From positions 1,056,001-1,120,000 of the forward strand of contig CAWJQU010000005.1 of the NCBI GenBank assembly GCA_963845145.1: DNA of 64,000 bases. The letters run 5' to 3'. The notes under the pieces were generated by a model. The model saw only the letters and a program-made list of their open reading frames with translations. It did no database searches and was not told the DNA's origin. The first letter of the stretch is position 1. Each line of letters opens with the position of its first letter. The position numbers were made by a program, and so were the translations under genes. Positions 41,073 to 51,093 of the stretch are shown here, piece by piece. Origin of the DNA: an uncultured delta proteobacterium. GTDB lineage: Bacteria > Desulfobacterota > Desulfobacteria > Desulfobacterales > QNYZ01.

Positions 41073-41525
41073 TCAAAGTGTGTAACGAAAATCACAAACG
41101 GATGCACCATCCATGATTGTCTGAGTACGGGTCAGTTTGACCTTCGGGTTAAACCCATGGATAAAACCAAAGTCCCGGCAGCAGGAAAGCGCCGTGCCCA
41201 TATCCTTTATCCCCAATTTTTCGTACGCCTCGGCAAACCGGCAGCGGGTGACATTAAAGCAAAAGCTTTCTTCGGTCTGTTCCAATATTTCTACCTCCAA
41301 CGAATCACCAGCGCCCCACTTATTAATTTCGTTCGCCAGATCGGCCAGGGTCACCGAACCTGTTTGACGAGCCAGTTCCCGACCGTATTTTTCCGATGCC
41401 TTGAGGTTGATATTCGTCACAAGGTCCTTCACCTTTCTCAAACCCAGTTCCTCGATAAAGGCCTGAAGAATAGGTGTCAATGCCTCGGCTTCGATGATTC
41501 GCTTTTCCAGCAGTGTCATATCCAT
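41073..41525 (-). CDS. L-2-amino-thiazoline-4-carboxylic acid hydrolase-like protein
   Basis: FNVTRCRFAE, SCCRD, LTRTQTIMDGASVCDFRY. Confidence 0.8.
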   Translation of the reverse strand: MDMTLLEKRIIEAEALTPILQAFIEELGLRKVKDLVTNINLKASEKYGRELARQTGSVTLADLANEINKWGAGDSLEVEILEQTEESFCFNVTRCRFAEAYEKLGIKDMGTALSCCRDFGFIHGFNPKVKLTRTQTIMDGASVCDFRYTL

Positions 41526-41671
41526 TTGATAAATTCCTGTTTTTCACGGTTACGATTCATCAAAATGATTTTAGGGCTCCTCAGAATATCAAGTCGATTC
41601 GCCCCCAACAGTCGGAAGACAAAAAGGCCCGTCTATCTTATTTGAGGATTTTAAGAAGCCGGGTAACGGTG

Positions 41672-41884
41672 TCATCGGTCCCTGGACGGGTTTCCGAAGC
41701 CACTTTTTGGAAATAATACCGCCTGGGCGGCAATGATATCTTTCCCGTTGAAGGTAACGGAAGGCGAACCGTAAAGCTCATACCCCTCTTCAATGAACTT
41801 TGATATGCGTTCACAGAAACTGGCGTCGTCTTTTCCGGTGATCAGGCGATAAATTAGTTTTTTATCCATGGTTATAGTCCTCAT
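41672..41884 (-). CDS. DUF1737 family small protein
   Basis: YRLITGKDDASFCERIS...GYELYGSPS...AQAV. Confidence 0.75.
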   Translation of the reverse strand: MRTITMDKKLIYRLITGKDDASFCERISKFIEEGYELYGSPSVTFNGKDIIAAQAVLFPKSGFGNPSRDR

Positions 41885-41915
41885 TCATTTTGGGGGTGGT
41901 GGGAGGTCGACACTA

Positions 41916-42055
41916 CAAGGTACCTCAAAAAAAATCTAAGCGCCCTTGGCGGCGTTGCAAAACGATTCAAAATGCTCACATACTATGTGTATGCTCCACT
42001 TTTTCACCGTTTCGCGCCTTGCCAAGAACACTAACATTTATTTTGAGATACCTTG
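41916..42055. repeat. 140-bp palindromic intergenic element (MITE/REP-like)
   Basis: Terminal inverted repeats CAAGGTACCTCAAAA / TTTTGAGATACCTTG (14/15), inner arms CTTGGC.GGCG / CGCCTTGCCAAG, central CATAC..GTATG. Confidence 0.75.
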
Positions 42056-42077
42056 CCGTTTTAGTAAGCCTAACGCT

Positions 42078-42464
42078 CTATTTTTTACCCGTACTCTCGT
42101 TAAAGTATGCACGAATAGGCGCTGTGTCGTATATGATTTTTAGCTTGGTAAATTTTTTTCTGTCTTTGGCGAATTCAAAAACATCGACGCACTCGAATTC
42201 AACAATTTTTCCGCTCTTAAGCGTCCATTTGTATTGAAAATACAAGGCCACCGAGGCATTATCACCCATGGCTTCGAACATATTTAAAAGTGTCGTTTCT
42301 GAACGGCTCGTATCCGCGAAAAGGTCTCTATAAAAATCGGCAGCCGGGATCTCTCCATACAATGGCGAAACGACAATGGCATTAGCATCGAAGAGAGACA
42401 ATACCTTTTCCAAACTACCTTCATTCAGGGCATCAAGGTATTTCCTAAAAAATTTAGCGACCAA
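42078..42464 (-). CDS. SnoaL/NTF2-like protein
   Basis: LSLFDANAIVVSPLYG, FECVDVF, LKIIYDT. Confidence 0.75.
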   Translation of the reverse strand: MVAKFFRKYLDALNEGSLEKVLSLFDANAIVVSPLYGEIPAADFYRDLFADTSRSETTLLNMFEAMGDNASVALYFQYKWTLKSGKIVEFECVDVFEFAKDRKKFTKLKIIYDTAPIRAYFNESTGKK

Positions 42465-42569
42465 ACGTTGCCTCCAATCCGAAAATCGGTAAATAATATC
42501 CTATCGCATCCTCCGATGTCCAACGTATCACGTTTGTAAAATCCATGTGAAGCACGCAGTTTGAATAGT

Positions 42570-43049
42570 TTATATTTGATATCGCATATATTGAACATTA
42601 AACGGTAAATGCTCAAATTTTTGGATATCGCCCGCGATGAAACCGATATCCAGATACCAATTTTTAAGGACGTCATGCTCTGCTATGATTCCGATACTAA
42701 CCGCTTTGATATTTTTTGTTTTTGAATAATCGAGGATATACCTGACCAATTCAGCACCAATACCCCTGTGTCGATACTCTGGTAATACAGAGAGCCGGTT
42801 TAAATAGGCCGTATCAGGATCCGGTTGTTCAAAAGCAACACACCCCTTGGCAACGCCCGCTTCCTTAAAAAGAAAATATTCTTCACCTCTTCTGAAGTCG
42901 GATTGTACCCAGTCCGTCGTGTAAAAAGAGGGGTGCTTGGGGGCATTTTCGATATTAAGGTTGAATAACCCGGCCACGTCTTTATTGCCTTCTTTTATGA
43001 TAAAAGCAATATCTTGGGCGTCTTCTATGGTCGTTGTGACGATATTCAT
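42570..43049 (-). CDS. GNAT family acetyltransferase
   Basis: LNRLSVLPEYRHRGIG, WYLDIGF. Confidence 0.85.
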   Translation of the reverse strand: MNIVTTTIEDAQDIAFIIKEGNKDVAGLFNLNIENAPKHPSFYTTDWVQSDFRRGEEYFLFKEAGVAKGCVAFEQPDPDTAYLNRLSVLPEYRHRGIGAELVRYILDYSKTKNIKAVSIGIIAEHDVLKNWYLDIGFIAGDIQKFEHLPFNVQYMRYQI

Positions 43050-43054
43050 TTTTA

Positions 43055-43576
43055 CTAATTGTTTGCTGTTTGTTCCTGCAACAGATCCACATAGGCCTTC
43101 TTGATCAGATCCCTTTTTCGAATTCCAAGTCGTTTCATGAGATCTTCGGCTATCCTGACACCGTCTGCGACCTTTTGCCCGTGAATCAATACAACTTCGA
43201 GCTCAACGAAGTGTCCCAGCCCATCGACATCATCAAGATGAATACGCGTTTGGCCGATGGTAAATAGATGCCGGACCTTGCTTACCACACCATCCGTCCC
43301 CAACGCCGCGGCAAGGGTCATGTGAATCCCTTTGGGATCGTCTGTCTTTGATATGTGATACCGTGATTTTTTCGGACCTAACTTATCAGGCCGTTCGTAA
43401 TATATTAATTCCCCTCGGTCAGACGATAACTCGCGCAGTTTCAACCGTCCTCTAATCGTCGGGAAAAACGTATCCTTTTGTCGAAATATTTGTTTCTCCT
43501 CAGCGATGGCCATGACAAGGCTCAAGGTTAAGGCAGGATCGTTGATTTTAGCTTTTATCTCAATATTTGATGGCAT
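43055..43576 (-). CDS. CYTH domain protein (class IV adenylate cyclase-like)
   Basis: NIEIKA (ExExK-like), QKDTFF, RLKLR, RIHLDDVDGLGHFVELEV. Confidence 0.88.
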   Translation of the reverse strand: MPSNIEIKAKINDPALTLSLVMAIAEEKQIFRQKDTFFPTIRGRLKLRELSSDRGELIYYERPDKLGPKKSRYHISKTDDPKGIHMTLAAALGTDGVVSKVRHLFTIGQTRIHLDDVDGLGHFVELEVVLIHGQKVADGVRIAEDLMKRLGIRKRDLIKKAYVDLLQEQTANN

Positions 43577-43645
43577 ATGATAAATCCATTTATTGTAAAG
43601 GAAAAGGTTAAGCTATCCGACATAGGCGAATTGCGATGCCATCAA

Positions 43646-44356
43646 TCAAAAAACGTATTTTGGCTCGGATGGGGTTAAGAGTGCCGTCTCGGTCTTGGCC
43701 TTACAATATTGCTCAAGCATGCTCGCCACACGATCACGAATGGCAATGGCCCGCTTCTCACTATCTTCTCCGAGACCGTCGATATTCATGACAATGGTTT
43801 GGGTCTCTTCGGTGATTCGGGTTTGGAACCCGTTGCGCCAGTTCCAACGCCGGCACATCACCTGATTGGTTTCGGACACCCGGTAGATAACCTCCCCGGC
43901 ATTGGGCCGTTCGGGTTTGTCGGGATTACTAATAGAGGTAAATGTTTCATCACCTTTGGCGAAACAAAGCGCCAACGTATCTCCCGCCCGGTCCAAATCA
44001 TCCCCACCCACAGGCAGTGCGCCCCGGATCGAATTTTCATTCATAATCGCCACGGTCTTGCTGATAAAAGGGATGGAGACGCCGGCTTTTTGAACCCGCT
44101 TTAAAAGCGCCAGGTGGGCGGGGGGAAATTTTTTCGGATTGACGCCCAGCTCCCGATAGGTCTCAACCCAGGCCACGGCCTTGGGGTCGCTTGCCAGGTC
44201 AATCGGATTCAAGGCCGCATTGACCACCGCTGCATTCAACAGAGACTCTAACTGGGTATCTGTTCCCGTATTATCCATTTGACGGGCAACAACAATGCCG
44301 CGACGAAAGCTTGGGAATTTAATAAAAATGTCTTCGTGTACATATGTTTCAGACAT
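43646..44356 (-). CDS. B3/B4 domain protein (PheRS beta-related editing domain)
   Basis: GVNPKKFPP..ALLKRV, PVGGDDLD, GEVIY, CRRWNWR. Confidence 0.85.
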   Translation of the reverse strand: MSETYVHEDIFIKFPSFRRGIVVARQMDNTGTDTQLESLLNAAVVNAALNPIDLASDPKAVAWVETYRELGVNPKKFPPAHLALLKRVQKAGVSIPFISKTVAIMNENSIRGALPVGGDDLDRAGDTLALCFAKGDETFTSISNPDKPERPNAGEVIYRVSETNQVMCRRWNWRNGFQTRITEETQTIVMNIDGLGEDSEKRAIAIRDRVASMLEQYCKAKTETALLTPSEPKYVF

Positions 44357-44462
44357 GGTTTTTTGCTCCTTGGGTTTTATTCGCGAATGGGTGAGATATA
44401 CGATATAAAATGTTATTTTTCGATTAAAATATTCGCATTAATCGTATAACATTTCGAATAGA

Positions 44463-44981
44463 CTATATTTGTTTATAAAAATAGCTCGTCGCATGACACT
44501 CCCCATTCGGAGATAAAGCAAAATCCGGAATCTCACCCACTTTTTGCCAACCCAGTTTGATATACAATTTTTCGGCTGAAGACCCCGTTTGAGTATCGAG
44601 AACCAACAACTGAATCCCATTTGCAATGGACACCTTTTCAACTTCCGCCATTAACCTTGTTGCTAAGCTACGGCCTCTATAATTCGGGTTGACGAATAAT
44701 TTTTGTACTTCCGCTCTATGCTTTCCGTTTTCCTTGGGGCACCTTTCGACCTGCACGCACCCAACGATTTGGCCTTGATCCCTGGCAACGATAAGATCTA
44801 AGAGGCCACCCAAGTGTGATTGTCGCCCCTTCCAGTATTTCATGGCGATCTTTACACTTATATCGAGAAGAAAGCCAATAGAAGCGCCACTTTTAACGGC
44901 CGCCATTAAACCGTGGCTTAACGCTTTTAAGTCATTTTCGGACAAACGATTTGCGTTTTGGATTTCCATACCGCGAGACAT
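44463..44981 (-). CDS. GNAT family acetyltransferase (Ttr-like)
   Basis: GASIGF, NGKHRAEVQKLFV, RGRSLA, LLVLDT, AEKLYIKLGW..VGEIPDFA. Confidence 0.88.
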   Translation of the reverse strand: MSRGMEIQNANRLSENDLKALSHGLMAAVKSGASIGFLLDISVKIAMKYWKGRQSHLGGLLDLIVARDQGQIVGCVQVERCPKENGKHRAEVQKLFVNPNYRGRSLATRLMAEVEKVSIANGIQLLVLDTQTGSSAEKLYIKLGWQKVGEIPDFALSPNGECHATSYFYKQI

Positions 44982-45020
44982 CCCATCAATCCTGTGAGCA
45001 GACCTTATCTTTCAGCGCCC

Positions 45021-45311
45021 TTACCCTCCGTCGACGATGAATAACGTGCATTCGGCATTCTTTAATCGCATCGGTTTTACCGGAGCATATTCATCTGAGT
45101 CTACAAACGCTTGTGCGCTTTTAACATCAGGAAATTCGATAATGACAATCCTGGTGGGTGTCCAAAGCTCAGTTTGCCTTATATCCATCGCCCCACCCCT
45201 AACGCGATAAACACCCCCGTATTTTTCTGCGATTGGTTTCGCGAGCTTTTTATACTCTTCGTATATCTCTGGATTTTTGATTTTGGTGTCAACCACAAGA
45301 TATGCACTCAT
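45021..45311 (-). CDS. DUF1330 family protein
   Basis: YGGVYRVRGG, RIVIIEFP, SDEYAP. Confidence 0.85.
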   Translation of the reverse strand: MSAYLVVDTKIKNPEIYEEYKKLAKPIAEKYGGVYRVRGGAMDIRQTELWTPTRIVIIEFPDVKSAQAFVDSDEYAPVKPMRLKNAECTLFIVDGG

Positions 45312-45336
45312 ATGGAACCCTCCTTAATTTCATAAT

Positions 45337-46071
45337 TTAGTTTTTTTCTCCAATTTTTTGTCCCGGAATTCCCGCCCATATCTCGCCTGGCCCCACAGTG
45401 GAGCCCTTCTTAAGGACAGTGTTAGCCGCTAGAGTCGCATCATCGCCAATTCGGCACCCAGGCAAAACCACGGACATAAGCCCCACAGATACACGGCTGC
45501 CGATATGAATTCTTTCCACAACAAGAATTTCACCCTCTACCACATGAGGCGTGAGAGTGACATCGCCTCCTATGACAGTATCATCACCAATTGTAATTAA
45601 ATTCGAATCGCCGATAATGGGTGTATTGATCTGTACTCGTTTACCTATTTTCATACCCATGAGCCTGAAAAAAAGATTGATAAAAGGTGTTACCTTAATG
45701 AAATTCATACAAGTAAAGCGCACCATAAGAATAAGCGCATTATAGCTTGCCCATTTAATTGCCTTTGATGAATATACAGGATAACGTCCTTCAGGAGATC
45801 CTGGTGAAAAAAGGCGCATAAGAGGAACAATAATAATCACACATATGATATAAGAAAAATAAGCCATTACACTCAAGGAACATATTGAAAATATCCGGAC
45901 GATTTCAGGAACATTAAGCGTAAGGACCCATTTATATATTTTCATAGCAGCAAAGACACCAGGAGTAGCGGCCAGACCGGCTATAATACTGATTTGAATA
46001 AATAGCCCAAAAGTCATTATAATCTGAATAGGTGTAGCGAAACGTTTTAAGAAATTCAAAAAATACCTCAT
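45337..46071 (-). CDS. Membrane-anchored hexapeptide-repeat acyltransferase
   Basis: N-terminal TMs; GMKIGKRV, ITIGDDTVIG, IHIGSRVSVG, WAGIPG. Confidence 0.8.
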   Translation of the reverse strand: MRYFLNFLKRFATPIQIIMTFGLFIQISIIAGLAATPGVFAAMKIYKWVLTLNVPEIVRIFSICSLSVMAYFSYIICVIIIVPLMRLFSPGSPEGRYPVYSSKAIKWASYNALILMVRFTCMNFIKVTPFINLFFRLMGMKIGKRVQINTPIIGDSNLITIGDDTVIGGDVTLTPHVVEGEILVVERIHIGSRVSVGLMSVVLPGCRIGDDATLAANTVLKKGSTVGPGEIWAGIPGQKIGEKN

Positions 46072-46114
46072 AAAATTTCAACGATTACTATAAAAGTGAT
46101 CCGGGGTGTCTATT

Positions 46115-46505
46115 CTATAAGTCTCTTCCATAAAAATAGTTCGTAGCATGACACTCACCATTGGGAGATAGTGCAAAATCTGGGATGACGGGAGTGTTCA
46201 ATATTCTGTGTCAGATGACGAATAATTTTTGTACATCCGCTCTATGCCTTCCGTTTTCCTTGGGGCACCTTTCGACCTGCATGCACCCAAAATTTGGCCT
46301 TAATCCCTGACAACGATAAGACCTACGTGGCCATCCAGCATGGTTGACGCCCCTTCCAGTAATTCAAGGCGGTCTCTATATTTATATCGAGAAAAAAGCC
46401 AATAGAGGCGCCACTTTTAAAGGCCGCCATTAAACCTTGGCTTATCGCCTTTAAGTTATTTTCAGACAAACAATTTGCGTTTTGGATTTCCATACCGAGC
46501 GACAT
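46115..46505 (-). pseudogene. Degenerate, internally deleted duplicate of the GNAT gene at 44463-44981
   Basis: Nucleotide-level match (e.g. CCGTTTTCCTTGGGGCACCTTTCGACCTGCA in both); MSLGMEIQNAN vs MSRGMEIQNAN; frameshifts and missing middle. Confidence 0.85.
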
Positions 46506-46527
46506 CCCATCAATCCCGTGAGCGGAT

Positions 46528-46848
46528 CTAATTTTTAGCGCCACCATCTTGCCAGATGAGCGCATTCGCACGATTCTGGGCATCATACGCCATCGCGGGC
46601 ACTTCGCCAACGCTCTCAATGGTGATCATGAGTGGGTCTGAAGCGTCGTTCAACACCGTGTCTTGAAGCCGGGGATCTTTGCCAACCAAATCACGAGCCA
46701 TCGTTTCGGCCTGCTTTGGATTCACTGCCTCCACGAGCCTGGTTGCCGAAAACCGCTTCTTTATCGGCCCTTCATCACTATCCATCAAGAAATTTTGACC
46801 GGTCAGGCGAACCAGGTAGGTGGTCAATTTTATCTCCTTCTTGAACAA
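46528..46848 (-). CDS. Hypothetical protein
   Basis: 106-aa ORF co-oriented with neighbours; an internal AAGGAG suggests a slightly later TTG start. Confidence 0.55.
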   Translation of the reverse strand: MFKKEIKLTTYLVRLTGQNFLMDSDEGPIKKRFSATRLVEAVNPKQAETMARDLVGKDPRLQDTVLNDASDPLMITIESVGEVPAMAYDAQNRANALIWQDGGAKN

Positions 46849-46881
46849 TACAAGTTTCGGCGCAGCCCTGGAAAGGGCTCT

Positions 46882-47460
46882 CTAGTTTAAGCCAGATGTA
46901 AATAGAGTAATACCTAAAACATACGATGCGGATATCCAAAAAACCCATAGACCGATGATCGACGTCTTTTTAAATGATAATCTGGTTTCCCGTGCTATCC
47001 ATATGCTTAAAAAATATGGGATGGAGAAGTAACAAGTCAAAAGCAAAGCGGTGATTACATTATTTATATAGTGCGCTAAACCGCCGTGATTGGTCCAAAA
47101 ATTGGGGCCCCATTTTACCCCCTTATCTACAAATAGATGTACCCCCTTTTTCATGACCACCCTTCCTAAGAGCAAAAGAGGTATGGATATCACTGAACTT
47201 AGAAATAAAAAGGCCCCCGTCTTTTTTGGTTTTAGAAAATACCATAGACAACCAAGGATAGTTACCGCTGGAATTATAGAAATGCCGACAAATATTAGCA
47301 TCCTCAGGTGATCTTTATGATTGGTTTTTGTGATGCATAAAAGCGAGAAAAGCGTCAACAAAACAACGGGATATATGACAGTTGTTAAGGAGAAGCTCTG
47401 TCGCTCTTGATCAAACTTTTTTACAGTAATAGTCAGTTTCTTGGTCATATTTATATTCAC
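46882..47460 (-). CDS. Hypothetical multi-pass membrane protein
   Basis: About 5 hydrophobic segments; AT-rich. Confidence 0.55.
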   Translation of the reverse strand: MNINMTKKLTITVKKFDQERQSFSLTTVIYPVVLLTLFSLLCITKTNHKDHLRMLIFVGISIIPAVTILGCLWYFLKPKKTGAFLFLSSVISIPLLLLGRVVMKKGVHLFVDKGVKWGPNFWTNHGGLAHYINNVITALLLTCYFSIPYFLSIWIARETRLSFKKTSIIGLWVFWISASYVLGITLFTSGLN

Positions 47461-47670
47461 TTAACCGGTATTGGGTACGGCGGCTAGTCGTAATTCCTTC
47501 GGCCAAAGAATCATCTGGGTACAACGAAATAGGGCGATCGTCCTGCCTGTTTCATCAACACCCACTTCTGCATCCCAAACCTGTGTTGTCCGGCCTTTGT
47601 GCAACAATTTTGCCACACAACTCACATCACCTTCAAGTGCGGTACCAATAAAATTGGTTTTTAGTTCAAT
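47461..47670 (-). pseudogene. PaaI/hotdog thioesterase, C-terminal half only
   Basis: Manual translation IELKTNFIGTALEGDVSCVAKLLHKGRTTQVWDAEV...IALFRCTQMILWP; no start codon, begins right after the acyl-CoA dehydrogenase stop. Confidence 0.8.
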
Positions 47671-47671
47671 T

Positions 47672-49474
47672 TCAATCCTTAAAGTATTCAGGCTTCATCT
47701 CTACTGTCAAATTATCTGTATCCATTAACCGAATTGCCAGGCTATCAGCCTTTGGCAGTTCATACCTGAAAAAATAATTCATGGTAAAAACCTTGCCTTT
47801 ATAAAACCATCTGTCTTTTTTTGAACAACTTCCGGCTAACGCTTTTTTAGATGCAATGCCCTGGATCAGCCACTGCCATGAAATGACGATCCGGCTATAA
47901 AATTCAAGAAAAAGTGTTGCATCGGAAAGATAGACATCCACACCTTTTTTGCCATATGCAGTAGTTAGGAACCCCGCTACTTTCTCAAGCGCCTTCATCG
48001 TGTTAGCAAGTTGATTTGCAAAAAATTCAAGTTCCGGTACTTCCAATGCCGTATCGATGGTCTTTTTAACCTCGTCCACAAACAAAAAGGCGGCCTTTCC
48101 ATTTTCCATCACCATTTTTCTTCCCAGAAGATCCAGGGCCTGTATACCGGTTGTCCCCTCATGAATCGCATGGATACGAACATCCCTCATATATTGCTCA
48201 ACCGGGAAATCCTCACAATATCCATAACCACCAAAACATTGTATGGCTGTACTTGTAGAAATAATGCCTTGTTCTGAAGGAAATGCTTTTGCAACCGGTG
48301 TTAAAAGATCAAGCAACAGCCCATATTTCTCTTTTTCCTCCCCTTTTGTCACCTTTATTAAATCTGCATACATGCAGCATTGAAGGATTAATGATAAGGA
48401 TCCCTCCACAATAGATCGTTGAAAAAGGAGCATTCGTTTAACATCTGTATGCTCAATGATAGGAATCTGATCAATGAATGGATCTTTTTGAGCAATCGGT
48501 CTTCCCTGGCGTCTGTTTTCAGTATAATCAAGGGCGGCATAATACGCAGCGGATGCAATGGCACAAGATGCCAGACCCACTAGAATTCTGGCCTCATTCA
48601 TCATCTGGAACATGTGTGACAGGCCTTTATTCTCTATGCCGACAAGCCATCCGCGGCAGTCATCCTTTTCCCCCATAGATAACTCAGTTGCAGGCGCTCC
48701 CCGATAACCCAGTTTGTGGTAAATAGAGGCCACTGTGATATCATTGGGAACAAGAGAATCATCTGAGCCCACCCTCATTTTAGGAACCACAAATAAAGAA
48801 ATCCCTTTTGCACCGGAAGGCGCACCTTCAATTCTTGCCAGCATCAGGTGAATCACATTTTCAACACCATCATGATCTCCCGCAGAAATAAAGGTCTTCA
48901 CGCCTTTGATCTTAAAATACCCGTTATCTGTTCGGAAAGCTGTGGTGATAATATCAGACAAAGAACTGCCCGCCTGTGGCTCGGTTAATGCCATGGTGCC
49001 CTGCCAATTGCCTTTAAGCATTTTCGGTACATAGGTATCAATCAGCGCATGACTGCCAAAAGAGGTAATCAGTTCTGCGGCACCAGTGGTCAGTTCGGGA
49101 TATGCACTTGCTGAATAATTCGCAGCAGCAAAAATAAAACTGGTTGCTCCTTTTATAACAAATGGGAGTTGGTCACCCCCATGAATTTTAGAGAAACCCG
49201 ATCCAATCCAGCCGCCTTTGCCGAATTCCTTCATGATTTTTTTTACAGCCGCATGCACCTTTACTTCGCCATCAACAAGTTTCGGCGGATTCTTGTCCAT
49301 TTCATCAAGACACGGATACATGAGTTTAACAGCAAGTTTCAGGGCTTCATCAATCACCATATCAAACATTTTTTCATTATGTTCGCTGTAGTATTCATGC
49401 GTTGCCAATATTTTGGTTACAAAAACTTCTTTTATCAAAAACTGTAGATTTCTTTTGCTGATAAATTTTGTCAT
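47672..49474 (-). CDS. Acyl-CoA dehydrogenase
   Basis: GTMALTEPQAGSSL, IKGVKTFISAG, GISLFVVPK, MFQMMNEAR, QCFGGYGY, IHEGTTGIQ. Confidence 0.93.
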   Translation of the reverse strand: MTKFISKRNLQFLIKEVFVTKILATHEYYSEHNEKMFDMVIDEALKLAVKLMYPCLDEMDKNPPKLVDGEVKVHAAVKKIMKEFGKGGWIGSGFSKIHGGDQLPFVIKGATSFIFAAANYSASAYPELTTGAAELITSFGSHALIDTYVPKMLKGNWQGTMALTEPQAGSSLSDIITTAFRTDNGYFKIKGVKTFISAGDHDGVENVIHLMLARIEGAPSGAKGISLFVVPKMRVGSDDSLVPNDITVASIYHKLGYRGAPATELSMGEKDDCRGWLVGIENKGLSHMFQMMNEARILVGLASCAIASAAYYAALDYTENRRQGRPIAQKDPFIDQIPIIEHTDVKRMLLFQRSIVEGSLSLILQCCMYADLIKVTKGEEKEKYGLLLDLLTPVAKAFPSEQGIISTSTAIQCFGGYGYCEDFPVEQYMRDVRIHAIHEGTTGIQALDLLGRKMVMENGKAAFLFVDEVKKTIDTALEVPELEFFANQLANTMKALEKVAGFLTTAYGKKGVDVYLSDATLFLEFYSRIVISWQWLIQGIASKKALAGSCSKKDRWFYKGKVFTMNYFFRYELPKADSLAIRLMDTDNLTVEMKPEYFKD

Positions 49475-49500
49475 TTATTCTCTCCCCCAAAAAAGCCCAC

Positions 49501-50817
49501 CTATTCAATCGTGTAGTAGGATTCATCAAACTCAGGTTTGTTCTTAAACCGCTCCATCATAAAGGTACCTGCCATATCGAAATTGGTAAAAAATGAAGGA
49601 TCAACATCAATACCGATACCTTTCAAGGCCAGTGCCGTTGATTTAGGATCAGGCGGACACCCCTTTATTTTAACAATTTCCTGGGGTCCTTCATGTTTTT
49701 TATTGTGCGCACACATACATTGCCCCACCAAAATACTTTTTTTACAGTCCTGTGAGGGCCTTAACCGCTTACCTGTTAAAAACTCCACATCATCGAAAGG
49801 TTCCTTGTAAGACATGGCAATGATGGTCAACAGCATGCCGATCAAAGGTGAGCAATAGGTACATAAAGTGGTATCATATTTATGAAATTTAATTCCTTTG
49901 ATCCCCATTTTTTTCATATTCAAAGGCAGGGTGTTATTTTCATTATACGGGAATGTATAATGATGGAAGCTTGCCGCCTCATCAATTCTCTCCCCTTTTA
50001 CTTCAATCCCGCTGAGATCAGTGGCAACCCCCATATCTGATGCAGCCCGGGCAAGATATGGGATGTCTTTCGGATCATGGCCCAGTAGGCGAGCACCCAC
50101 CATATCCGCGCCAAGAAAATTTGATGAGGCAACCACAAGATCACTTTTCTTTGGTTTACCGTCAAAGGACGGCCCCCGTTCCAGTGTATAGATGCCATCA
50201 ATGATGGTGGCTGAAGCAGGCAACAGACTTGGAAGTTTTGAAACCATGTAATCCAGATCTTTATCTTCATCTGAATTGTGGCATTTTTTCCGGGAGCTCA
50301 CATTTAAAAACCCTTTTAAATTTTTAATCCCAAGGCTTACTTTTACCTGGGCATGGGTTTTTAACACCGGCAGATTAACCAGAAAATCTGATGCCAGAAG
50401 GTCTGCATTCACTTTGAGATCAAGCCCATCCTCGATCTCTACTTTTTCAAAGGGTCGTTCCCATACATCCAGAAGCTTGACGCGATATCGATCCCTTAAT
50501 TTCGTATATCCAAGCCCCTCAAAAGATTTTTGCCCGAGCTGTTTTGCTCCGGGAACCATCTGAAGGCTGCCCTCAACAATAGAAATATCTGTGACCCCGT
50601 ACTCCTTTAACAGGATGACGGTTTCTTCCATAATCGTGGAGGATGTTACCACCCCCCATTTGGGATATGGTGAATCCAGCCAGACAACAATGTTGGGTTT
50701 TATCACTACTTTTGCATTTCGGGGAAGGTGTTCAAAAGCATCCACACTTTGCACGGCCCTTTTCACTGTTTCCCTGTTTTTTTCAAACCTGACAATCGCA
50801 ACATTGATATCGTTCAT
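49501..50817 (-). CDS. DUF362 domain protein with Cys-rich C-terminus
   Basis: VVIKPN, NLPVLKTH, SLGIKNLKG, IIDGI, CTYC, GCPP. Confidence 0.85.
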   Translation of the reverse strand: MNDINVAIVRFEKNRETVKRAVQSVDAFEHLPRNAKVVIKPNIVVWLDSPYPKWGVVTSSTIMEETVILLKEYGVTDISIVEGSLQMVPGAKQLGQKSFEGLGYTKLRDRYRVKLLDVWERPFEKVEIEDGLDLKVNADLLASDFLVNLPVLKTHAQVKVSLGIKNLKGFLNVSSRKKCHNSDEDKDLDYMVSKLPSLLPASATIIDGIYTLERGPSFDGKPKKSDLVVASSNFLGADMVGARLLGHDPKDIPYLARAASDMGVATDLSGIEVKGERIDEAASFHHYTFPYNENNTLPLNMKKMGIKGIKFHKYDTTLCTYCSPLIGMLLTIIAMSYKEPFDDVEFLTGKRLRPSQDCKKSILVGQCMCAHNKKHEGPQEIVKIKGCPPDPKSTALALKGIGIDVDPSFFTNFDMAGTFMMERFKNKPEFDESYYTIE

Positions 50818-50992
50818 TGATATTTTCCTTGTTAAACATTTTTTTTCAAAAGTGACTTCACTTGGATTGCAAATATCTGGAGAATAATCAAGGGTTGAAC
50901 CTGGGCCTGGACCCGTATGTTCCGTTTTAGGGATTTGGATCCAATCGATTGTTTGAAAAGGGATATTTTTATTTGACCTCGTAGAGGTTTAC

Positions 50993-51093
50993 GCCTAACA
51001 GGGGGAGGTTGAGCAACAAGCCTGACTGACTCGAACCGCATTGATAGGCTGCGCTTCGCGAGCCTCGGTCTGCTCAACCGCGCCCCGATAGGA
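50993..51093 (-). repeat. attC-like imperfect palindrome
   Basis: Minus strand TCCTATC-GGGGCGCG-GTTGAGCAGACC...TTGCTCAAC-CTCCCCCT-GTTAGGC: perfect GTTRRRY core, degenerate inverse core, inner hairpin AGGCT..AGCCT. Confidence 0.45.
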
